64,000 nucleotides of DNA from Bdellovibrionota bacterium FG-1. GTDB taxonomy: Bacteria; Bdellovibrionota; UBA1018. The notes under the pieces were generated by a model. It had not been told where the DNA came from, ran no database searches, and saw nothing but the letters and a program-made list of their open reading frames with translations. Where the stretch lies: assembly GCA_051382295.1 (NCBI GenBank), contig JBBCAW010000008.1:96001-160000 (forward strand). The letters are read 5' to 3'. Position 1 is the stretch's first letter. Every line of letters starts with the position of its first letter. Both the position numbers and the translations under genes were made by a program. Shown in pieces: positions 56,362 through 64,000 of the stretch.

Positions 56362-57144
56362 ATGCCCAATACACTTTCGTCTTCCCCACTTGAAGGAAAA
56401 AAAGCTCTTATTTTGGGAGTTGCCAATGAAAGAAGCCTGGCTTGGGCTATCGCCCGACACCTCCATCAAGGGGGAGCGAAGCTCGCATTCAATTTTCTAG
56501 GAGAAGCTCTGGAGCGCCGGGTTCGCCCCCTGGCCGAAAGCGTGGGGGCCGATCTCATTGAGCCGTGCAATGTAGCTGACGATGGGGAGCTAGACGCCTT
56601 ATTTGGCAAAATCCAAAAAAAATGGGGTTCGCTCGATATCTTGATCCACTCAGTGGCTTTTGCCAACCGTGAGGACCTGGATGGGCGTTTTGTCCAAACC
56701 TCTCGCGAAGGCTTCCGAGTCGCGCTGGATATTAGCGCCTATAGCCTGATTGCAGCAGCTCGCCGTGCCGAACCCCTGATGGAGGGAGGCGGAACGATTC
56801 TTACCCTGTCTTACTATGGCTCGCAAAAAGTGGTCCCCAATTACAATATCATGGGCGTGGCCAAAGCTGCCCTAGAAGCCAGTGTTCGATACCTAGCGTG
56901 GGATTTAGGCAGTAAAAAAATCCGGGTGAATTCGGTTTCTGCGGGGCCAGTCAAGACCCTTGCCGCTGCTGGGGTGCGAGACTTTCGAACCCTTCTCGCC
57001 TCGGCTGAGCAAAAGACCCCGCTCAAGGAAAATATTTCGGCGGACGATGTTGGGGCGTTAGCAGCGTTTTTATGCGGACCGGGCGGAAAACACATCACCG
57101 GCAGTAATTTAATGGTCGATAGTGGCGCCCATATCATGGCGTAA
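56362..57144 (+). CDS. fabI: Enoyl-ACP reductase
   Basis: GVANERSLAW, ISAYSL, YNIMGVAKAALE, SAGPVKTLAA; AGGAG SD. Confidence 0.95.
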   Translation: MPNTLSSSPLEGKKALILGVANERSLAWAIARHLHQGGAKLAFNFLGEALERRVRPLAESVGADLIEPCNVADDGELDALFGKIQKKWGSLDILIHSVAFANREDLDGRFVQTSREGFRVALDISAYSLIAAARRAEPLMEGGGTILTLSYYGSQKVVPNYNIMGVAKAALEASVRYLAWDLGSKKIRVNSVSAGPVKTLAAAGVRDFRTLLASAEQKTPLKENISADDVGALAAFLCGPGGKHITGSNLMVDSGAHIMA

Positions 57145-57156
57145 TGAGGGCCAATC

Positions 57157-58140
57157 ATGACGTCGAACCCTCAAACGATTCCCCAAACTGAGCTTCATCG
57201 TCATCTGGATGTATCCATCCGCTCCAGTACGCTTCTGCGTTTGGCACAGGCCCGCGGACTTGAAGGACAAAGCACCAGTCTTGAACAATTTCGAAAAAAG
57301 ATCCTGATTACGCAGCCCATGCGGGATCTCAATACGGTTTTGGCTCAATTTTCCCTGTTTTCCAAGGTTCTGGATCGACCCGAAGTTCTCGAACAGGTGG
57401 CCTTCGAGTGCGTCGAAGATTGCTTTCGTGAAGGTACCCGCCAGGTGGAACTTCGATTTTCACCGACTTTTGTGACCGAATTCTCAAAACTTCCTTGGCC
57501 TGAGGTTCTGGATAGCTTTGAGCGTGGCCTAGAGCTGGGCATGAAAAAATACCCGGAAATTCGGGCGGGCCTCATTTGCATTGCATCGCGTGAATTCGGA
57601 ATAGATGAGGTTGCTAAGACTGTTGAATTTTTCCTCGACCATTCCTCGCGTTTTATTGGGCTAGATATGGCCGGCAACGAGGCTGATTTCCCTTGCCGTC
57701 TTTTTGAGTCCATTTTCAAGAAACCACGGGCTAAACACGCCAATATTACCATTCATGCCGGCGAGGCCTCAGGGCCAGACAATATGTGGGCCGCGATTGA
57801 ACTCCTGGGCGCACGTCGGATCGGCCATGGGTTGGCCTGTATTCAAGACCCTCAATTGATCGAATATCTTCGTAAGCATCGGATTTATCTAGAAATGTGT
57901 CCCACCAGCAACTGGTTGACCCAGGCGTCTCCAGACCTGAAACGCCATCCGCTACCCACCCTCCTTCGAGCGGGGGTTGCGGTGAGTATCAACACCGACG
58001 ATCCTGGAATTTTTGATGTTACGCTTCCCGGTGAAATCAATGTATGCAAAAATCACATGGACATGACTTCCTCAGAAATTGCCCAATGTCTGCGTCACGC
58101 GGCCGAAGCCAGTTTTTTTGATTGCGGTTCTTACAACTAG
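57157..58140 (+). CDS. add: Adenosine deaminase
   Basis: ELHRHLD, HAGE, RIGHG, CPTSN, NTDDP. Confidence 0.9.
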   Translation: MTSNPQTIPQTELHRHLDVSIRSSTLLRLAQARGLEGQSTSLEQFRKKILITQPMRDLNTVLAQFSLFSKVLDRPEVLEQVAFECVEDCFREGTRQVELRFSPTFVTEFSKLPWPEVLDSFERGLELGMKKYPEIRAGLICIASREFGIDEVAKTVEFFLDHSSRFIGLDMAGNEADFPCRLFESIFKKPRAKHANITIHAGEASGPDNMWAAIELLGARRIGHGLACIQDPQLIEYLRKHRIYLEMCPTSNWLTQASPDLKRHPLPTLLRAGVAVSINTDDPGIFDVTLPGEINVCKNHMDMTSSEIAQCLRHAAEASFFDCGSYN

Positions 58141-58220
58141 CGAGCTATAAGTCGCCTAACAGTTTGTCATTCACGGGCACCCCACTTCCCCCCCACACAC
58201 AGAAGCGGTACCCGTGGTAT

Positions 58221-58260
58221 AAAGGACTCTGAGGCACGCCCTCAGGGTCCTTTATTTTTT
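58221..58260. terminator. Intrinsic terminator between convergent add and GGDEF genes
   Basis: AAAGGACTCTGAGG/CCTCAGGGTCCTTT stem followed by a T run. Confidence 0.7.
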
Positions 58261-58868
58261 TACGCTGCCGCACTCACACGGTTTCGGCCGCCTTGTTTAG
58301 CATCATACAAGGCTTCATCGGCCTTCTTGAGTTGAACGCTGGCATCGTAACCGGCCACTAGAACCGAAGACATCCCCACGCTGAGGGTGCATTGAATCGG
58401 AGCATCGGATTTCTCCGCCGTTCGCCGAATACTTTCAGCCACGCCCAAGATCTCAGCGTCGGATCCCCTGAGAGCGACAGCGAACTCCTCGCCGCCCAAA
58501 CGGCTCACCACACAATCTGGGGATTCAAACTGCTTGAGAAGACCGGCCACCCTTTTGATGACCTCGTCGCCCGCATCATGCCCATGGGTATCGTTTACTT
58601 TTTTGAAATGATCGATGTCGATCATCAAGACGCCACAAGACTCGTTGAGGCTTTGACATTTTTGAAGGAGCGCCTGCCAGGTCTGGAAAAAAGCTCTGCG
58701 CCGTAAGAGACCTGTTAAATCATCAGTGTTTGCGACTCCCTCAACTTTTTTGAGAACCGAGAGCACGGACTCGTAACTCGCCCCGAGGGCGGTGACTTCA
58801 CCGTGGAGATGTGAGAGAAGGTGTCGAATTTCCTCAAGGCTGATTTCAATCGTATGCTCTCGGTTCAT
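58260..58868 (-). CDS. Diguanylate cyclase (short coil + GGDEF)
   Basis: DDLTGL, DIDHFKKVNDTHGH, RLGGEEF; AGGAGG SD. Confidence 0.92.
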   Translation of the reverse strand: MNREHTIEISLEEIRHLLSHLHGEVTALGASYESVLSVLKKVEGVANTDDLTGLLRRRAFFQTWQALLQKCQSLNESCGVLMIDIDHFKKVNDTHGHDAGDEVIKRVAGLLKQFESPDCVVSRLGGEEFAVALRGSDAEILGVAESIRRTAEKSDAPIQCTLSVGMSSVLVAGYDASVQLKKADEALYDAKQGGRNRVSAAA

Positions 58869-58897
58869 AAGGGCCTCCTTTTACGCCCTCAAGAAAA

Positions 58898-58913
58898 AGC
58901 ACGACCGATGCCA
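58898..58913 (-). promoter_or_regulatory. sigma54 promoter of the GGDEF gene
   Basis: Minus strand TGGCAT-CGGTC-GTGCT. Confidence 0.65.
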
Positions 58914-59009
58914 ACGCATGAATGAACGAATTCAACCACTTACAAAATACCGTGTCACCCACTGCCCGAGGTCACCCACGACACAGGGGGTCCCACGGAC
59001 GGCTACGAC

Positions 59010-60491
59010 TTAAGCAACCTTGCGGTATTCCTCAGAGCGTAAATGATGCCGCCGTAGCAGACGCAAGAAATTACTCCGGTCCAGCTTGGCCTCGCGAGCT
59101 GCAGCCGAAACGTTGCCCCCATTCCGATTAAGCACCGCTGCGAGGTATTCCCGCTCAAACGAATCGGACCATTTTTTCTTCAACTCCGTATAGCTTTCCA
59201 CCCCAGCTGCACCCGGCGTCTGATAAGGGGAGGTCACCGATTCCAATCGAGGCCCAATTGAAATGCCGGCAGGCTGCGCGGGAAGAGACAGTGCTTTAGC
59301 TGAAAGTGTTCCGTTACCCGTCCAAATCAGCGCCACTCGCTCCACGACATTGAGAAGTTCTCGGACATTCCCGGGCCAGGAATAGGCTCGCAAAGCGGTC
59401 TCGGCGTCCGGAGAAAATCCTGAAAAAGTTTTACCCCGGGCTTGAAAAGCCCGCTCCGCAAATTGCATAGCCATTAACACAATATCTTCCGATCGTTCTC
59501 GAAGGCTAGGCACCTCAATCACCACTCGACTGAGCCGATGATAAAGGTCATCTCTAAAGCCTCCTGCCTGAACTCTTTCGCTTAAGTCACGATTGGTCGC
59601 AGCCACCACTCGTACCTCGGTTTCCAAATCGACCGTTCCACCGACTCGTCGGAATGTCTTTTCTTGCAGTACGCGCAAAAGCTTGGCCTGAAGTTTGACA
59701 TCCATCTCCCCAATTTCGTCCAAAAGCAGCGTTCCCGATTTAGCAATTTCAAAAAGCCCGCGCTTCATCACGTTAGCGCCCGTAAAAGCCCCGCGCTCGT
59801 GCCCAAAGAGTTCGCTCTCCAGCAATTGTTCACTAAAATTAGCGCAGTTCACCGCGACCCAAGGACCCTTGCCACGACGAGATCCCGCGTGGACCATGCG
59901 AGCGATCCCTTCCTTGCCGGTGCCGCTTTCGCCCAAAATCAAAACTGTAGGTTCTTCCGCATCGCCTCGCATCGCCTCGCGCCTGAGTACCGTCATCCAC
60001 TCATTCACCTTAGCCATGGATTGCGCCTTTGAGACGAACCAATACTTGTCCTCGGCCTTTCCCTCCACCCGTTCCACACGAGCCTCCAGGCGACCGACCA
60101 AGTCCGCATTTTCGCGCTCTAATTGATACTCGCGAAGACCCCGCTTGACGGCATGACTAAACTCATCCAGGTCAAAGGGTTTTTCTAAATAATCAGAAGC
60201 CCCGGACCGGAGAGCCTGCACCGCCACGTCTTTTTCACCATGACCGGTGATCACGATCACCCGCAGTAGTGGATATTTTTCTTTTGCCCACGCCATCAGG
60301 CCAAATCCATCTTTTCCCGGCATTTTAAGATCGGTGACCAATACGCCCACCTCGCCACCTGACGAAAATTTTGACTCAGCTTCGTCAGCGCCACCGGCTA
60401 CGACCACATCATAACCTTCGCGCTCAAGCCGTCCCTTGAGTAATTTACGAATTGTATCTTCATCATCGACCACCATTACACGTGCTTTCAT
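59010..60491 (-). CDS. sigma54-dependent response regulator (REC-AAA+-Fis)
   Basis: VVDDE, TDLKMP, GESGTGKE, ESELFGHERGAFTGA, WPGNVREL. Confidence 0.93.
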   Translation of the reverse strand: MKARVMVVDDEDTIRKLLKGRLEREGYDVVVAGGADEAESKFSSGGEVGVLVTDLKMPGKDGFGLMAWAKEKYPLLRVIVITGHGEKDVAVQALRSGASDYLEKPFDLDEFSHAVKRGLREYQLERENADLVGRLEARVERVEGKAEDKYWFVSKAQSMAKVNEWMTVLRREAMRGDAEEPTVLILGESGTGKEGIARMVHAGSRRGKGPWVAVNCANFSEQLLESELFGHERGAFTGANVMKRGLFEIAKSGTLLLDEIGEMDVKLQAKLLRVLQEKTFRRVGGTVDLETEVRVVAATNRDLSERVQAGGFRDDLYHRLSRVVIEVPSLRERSEDIVLMAMQFAERAFQARGKTFSGFSPDAETALRAYSWPGNVRELLNVVERVALIWTGNGTLSAKALSLPAQPAGISIGPRLESVTSPYQTPGAAGVESYTELKKKWSDSFEREYLAAVLNRNGGNVSAAAREAKLDRSNFLRLLRRHHLRSEEYRKVA

Positions 60492-60511
60492 GCTCTATTT
60501 CTCCATCCGGT

Positions 60512-61672
60512 TTAAACGAGTTCTCTAAAATCCAACGGAATACGAATCAAAAATGCGGCCCCTTTTCCCACTTCACTCTCCACCACCACCGAAGCCTGAA
60601 GTTTGGAAAGAATTCCATAGCTCAAGCTCAGCCCCAGCCCCATTCCTTTGCCCACCTCTTTGGTCGTGAAGAAGGGATTAAACACTTTGCTCTTCGTGCG
60701 CTCGGACATCCCAACGCCGTCATCCTTGAATGCCACTTCTACAAATTTTTCAGTGAATCGCGTTCGAATGGACACGGATCCGCGCCCTCTGCCGGTCGCA
60801 TCGATTGCGTCACGGGCATTAGTCGCCAGATTGATGAACACCTGCTCAAGCTGAAGGGGATTGGCGTAGACTGGAGGAATATTCGCCTGAAAATCACGCA
60901 CCACTTCAATGCCCCGGACAGTAAATTGTCGGGCCAGCATTTTGAGGGCCTCATCAATTGCCTGATGAACGTCCGTGAGTTCATAATTTTCGTTCGATTT
61001 ACGAATAAAGGCCCGCATATGTTCGATAATTTGGGCCATTTTATCCACACCCGAAATAATCTCCCGAAGCGCTTCGTCCTGCTGACCTGCGCCTCCCTGA
61101 AGTTCTTGTGCGTAACCGCGAATGGCCTGAAGCGGTTGGTTGAGTTCATGGGCGATACCCGCCGCTAGCTCACCCAGCGCCGCCATCTTTCCAGATTGAA
61201 CGAGCGTTTCTTGCAACGCTTGCAGCTCGGCATTTTTACGCTCCAGTTGAAGGTAGGCATTGCGCAGCTCCGTATGCTTTGTGATGAGCTCGCGTTCCAT
61301 GCGTTTTTTTTCGGTCACATCCCTGAACAACGCCAGCGCCAGCGGCGCGGCCCCGTTGGGCACCAAACGAACGCTCAAATCGACAAATCTCACATAACCA
61401 TCTTTTCGAATGACTGCGACGTCCTCATACGTCCCCGGCGTCTGCAACAACACCTGGGTCAACGGACGGCCATGCAGCTGCCCCCCTAACTTCTCCGCGG
61501 CAGGGGTTAAGATCGAGATATCTGCCCCCACCAGCTCCGCCTTGAGGTAACCCGTCATTTCTTCCACGGCCTGATTAACGGCGTCCATCCGCCCGTTTTC
61601 AAAAACGGTGATGATCGCATCTGAGGCGTGATCAAATAAAGTTTCATAGGAAAGTTGCCTAGCGGTAGACAT
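60512..61672 (-). CDS. PAS sensor histidine kinase
   Basis: PAS, GIAHELNQP, NARDA, DDGVG, FFTTKEVGKGMGLGL. Confidence 0.93.
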   Translation of the reverse strand: MSTARQLSYETLFDHASDAIITVFENGRMDAVNQAVEEMTGYLKAELVGADISILTPAAEKLGGQLHGRPLTQVLLQTPGTYEDVAVIRKDGYVRFVDLSVRLVPNGAAPLALALFRDVTEKKRMERELITKHTELRNAYLQLERKNAELQALQETLVQSGKMAALGELAAGIAHELNQPLQAIRGYAQELQGGAGQQDEALREIISGVDKMAQIIEHMRAFIRKSNENYELTDVHQAIDEALKMLARQFTVRGIEVVRDFQANIPPVYANPLQLEQVFINLATNARDAIDATGRGRGSVSIRTRFTEKFVEVAFKDDGVGMSERTKSKVFNPFFTTKEVGKGMGLGLSLSYGILSKLQASVVVESEVGKGAAFLIRIPLDFRELV

Positions 61673-62579
61673 TCAGGAATGCACCCGCCCTTTCCATTCC
61701 GGCCATCAACTCTTGCTCGATTTGCGGAATGACCTCAGCACTCAATCGGATATTATGCAAAAGATCAGGGGTGATCTGGCCCCCCGAACAATCTCCCGAA
61801 TGTCCGATATTATTTTTAAGACAAATTTGATTAGCAAGCCTCACCACGTGCACAAACGGCTTAGCCGACGACAGAATACTATCCATTTTACTGACGTCAA
61901 AATGATGATAGCGAATCGCCAGTCGGATCGTCTGAGGGAGCCCCCACTTGGCGGCGAGGAGTTCCCCCATGAGAGAATGCCCGGGCAGATCCATTTTCCT
62001 TTCAACCTCTAAATAAGACTTCTGGCTGCTCCGGGCCTTGCTCACGACTTCAATCAGACGATGGCGATCTACCTGATAAAGCGCGAGTTTTCCGACGTCA
62101 TGGAGCAGCCCACAGGTAAAGGCCTCTTCGGGCTTTTTGAAAGAGAGCTTTTTAGCCAGAATCTCGCTACAAACCGCGGTACCGAGCGCATGCCTCCAAA
62201 ACTCGACAATCGAAAATACTTCGGTTTCTTCTGAAGAAAATACCGAAAAAACAGAAAGCCCCAGAACCAATTGCGCGAGCGTATTGAATCCCAAAAAGGC
62301 CAGTGCCCGTTGCACATCGGCGACGCCGCCCGGAATGGCATAATAAGCGGAGTTCACCAGCCGCAAGACCTTGGCTGTCAGGACCTGATCGTTTCTCATG
62401 ACCTCGGCAATGTCGGCACCTGAAGATGCGGGGTTGTCGATCAACTCATTGACCTTTATCGCCACGGTAGGCAACGTTGGAATGTCACTCAACTTGGCGA
62501 GAAGTTCAGAGTATTCAGAATCAGTTTTTTTCTTTGGCGCACGTTGCCCCATGATTGTCTTTTCGGACACATGAGTCAT
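61659..62579 (-). CDS. HDOD domain protein
   Basis: IPTLP, LRLVNSAYY, FWRHA, GLLHDVGK, AIRYHH; start set at ATG 62579 (AAGGA SD). Confidence 0.9.
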   Translation of the reverse strand: MTHVSEKTIMGQRAPKKKTDSEYSELLAKLSDIPTLPTVAIKVNELIDNPASSGADIAEVMRNDQVLTAKVLRLVNSAYYAIPGGVADVQRALAFLGFNTLAQLVLGLSVFSVFSSEETEVFSIVEFWRHALGTAVCSEILAKKLSFKKPEEAFTCGLLHDVGKLALYQVDRHRLIEVVSKARSSQKSYLEVERKMDLPGHSLMGELLAAKWGLPQTIRLAIRYHHFDVSKMDSILSSAKPFVHVVRLANQICLKNNIGHSGDCSGGQITPDLLHNIRLSAEVIPQIEQELMAGMERAGAFLNVYR

Positions 62580-62656
62580 TTCCTTTACTTTCTTTACAGT
62601 TTTATTATCAGGTATTTTTAGTGAGTCATAACGGGTGGTTAATAAGGTAGAAACCG

Positions 62657-62672
62657 GGGCATGTTTTGTGCT
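62657..62672 (+). promoter_or_regulatory. Possible sigma54 promoter
   Basis: GGGCAT-GTTTT-GTGCT (GG-N10-GC) upstream of ATG 62719. Confidence 0.45.
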
Positions 62673-62718
62673 TTCATTACAGACAACAAACCTCGTAAAA
62701 AAACCGGAGACAAGATCC

Positions 62719-63051
62719 ATGAAAAAAATTCACCTTTTATTATGCGCCCTTTCGATAGTGGGAACTTCGGCGCTCGCCGCGGACAAAACGGCTCAAGCAC
62801 CGGCCACTGCCAAACGGCCAGAACCCACCGCCGAACAACGGCAGAAGATGGCCACCCTTCATGAGAAAATGGCCGCCTGTCTCAGGACCGATCGAAAATT
62901 GTCGGACTGTCGTCAAGAAATGATGAAAAGCTGCAAAGAACAAATGGGTAAGGACGGGTGCCCGATGATGGGAAGAGATGGAATGCATCATCATGGAATG
63001 GGTATGGGCCACGATAAGATGACTCCGCCACCTGAAGCGGCGAAGAAGTAA
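62719..63051 (+). CDS. Small periplasmic Met/His/Cys-rich protein
   Basis: GGAG SD, signal peptide ending ALA, HEKMAACL...C...C...CPMM, MHHHGMGMGH. Confidence 0.75.
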   Translation: MKKIHLLLCALSIVGTSALAADKTAQAPATAKRPEPTAEQRQKMATLHEKMAACLRTDRKLSDCRQEMMKSCKEQMGKDGCPMMGRDGMHHHGMGMGHDKMTPPPEAAKK

Positions 63052-63054
63052 GGG

Positions 63055-63345
63055 CTAGGCCGCAGGCTCGACTTCAACCCGGTACTTTAACCCAGCAGAA
63101 CGCAAACTTTCCTCTATTGAAAGCCGCACTAAGAGCGCTGGAGGAACTCCAACCGTTAGAGCGATTTGTTCTGCTTTTTCGGGGCTCACGCCTTTTCGCC
63201 CTTTTTCGATATCACAAAGATTTGCGACCGAAAGACCGACAAGTTTGCCAAAATATTTGAGGGTCATTTCCTCAGACACCTGCCAAGTATGCAAAAATTC
63301 GCCTACCGTAAGCGCGCCATAATATTTATCCAAATCCTTAAACAA
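63055..63345 (-). CDS. XRE/HigA-like HTH protein, possibly 5'-truncated
   Basis: LTVGEFL...LSVANLCDIEKGRKGVSPEKA; possible TTG start at 63345 after GAGGG. Confidence 0.65.
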   Translation of the reverse strand: MFKDLDKYYGALTVGEFLHTWQVSEEMTLKYFGKLVGLSVANLCDIEKGRKGVSPEKAEQIALTVGVPPALLVRLSIEESLRSAGLKYRVEVEPAA

Positions 63346-63969
63346 GTCGAGTCCCTCAGTCAGCGTGAGTGTGAGGTTAAGCTTCACGATATTTCGCCGG
63401 AAATTCTCCCTCAAGAACGGGAACGTATCGTGTCTGCCAAGAAGGATCACGCACTAAAACTCGTGATCTCGGACGAGGTCTTCGAAAATTTGCAGCGAAT
63501 CAAGTCCCTCCTCGCGCACACAAAGCCCAACGCCAGTTATGCTGAACTCATCGAGTACCTGGTCAATGAAACCCTGTTCCGTCTTGAAAAGAAGAAGGGC
63601 ATTATGCCTGCGGTGAATTCTACCGCCGCTGTGGCGGTGACCGAGAAAACCACTCTACTTCCCACAGATCCCTTGCCTGAGGGCCAGCGTGTTTATCTAC
63701 CTGTAGCGCTCAGGCGTCAGGTTTTCGCTCGATCGGAGGGCCGGTGCGAGTACACCCACGATGGCAGGCGATGTACCTCGCGTTATGCCCTTGAATTAGA
63801 CCATGTCACACCGCTGGCGCTTGGGGGATCTAACGAGCCCTCGAATTTAAGGGTGCTCTGCAAATCCCACAATTTACAACAGGCGGCGGCAAATCAGGTC
63901 TTTGATTCATACAAAATCAAGAGAGGTCGGTTCCACGATGGAGGGCTCTTGGACGAGCGCTCACATTGA
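63340..63969 (+). pseudogene. HNH endonuclease-domain protein, C-terminal part only
   Basis: RCEY...RC...LELDHVTPLALGGSN..SNLRVLCKSHN; the upstream part of the ORF is antisense to the HTH gene and has no credible start. Confidence 0.65.
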
Positions 63970-64000
63970 GAAACAAAAACCCCGGACTCTCGGCGTTTTG

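Noticed and set aside
58172..58216. Hairpin CACGGGCACC...GGTACCCGTG after add, considered as a riboswitch or ncRNA
   Set aside because: It lies 3' of both flanking genes and has no recognisable aptamer motifs; more likely part of the terminator region.
60452..61168. 238-aa antisense ORF (and similar ones such as 18072-18701)
   Set aside because: They are antisense shadows of well-supported genes.

Overview
A ~50% GC bacterial chromosome segment whose gene content points to a Bdellovibrionota/Oligoflexia-like organism (inferred from TIGR02147-type regulators, a 'GGxxGGGG' secreted protein, an orphan CpaF, REC-TPR and HDOD proteins). The backbone is housekeeping: a nucleoside-type ABC operon, mutS2, a MinD-like ATPase with a J-HTH gene and rluD, pgeF, an OppA-type protein, a ccdA-like gene with VKOR-DsbA and tatD, a YhaM-family gene, dinB, ygfZ, fabI, add, and a PAS kinase / sigma54 activator / GGDEF cluster. 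Two accessory islands (about 1.6-4.6 kb and 20.7-26.4 kb) carry toxin-antitoxin-like pairs, and each contains a copy of the same structured dispersed repeat. Best candidates for new biology: (1) a 950-aa exported protein whose C-terminal ~200 aa resemble the plastid RETICULATA-related (DUF3411) membrane domain; (2) an unannotated 25-aa acidic peptide with a DLDxIE motif, divergent from an MFS gene at the window edge (possible RiPP/pearlin scaffold); (3) a modular hairpin element present twice; (4) a perfect 41-bp palindrome in front of a TIGR02147 gene. No rRNA, tRNA or CRISPR array was seen. All family calls are by eye from motifs; no searches were run.
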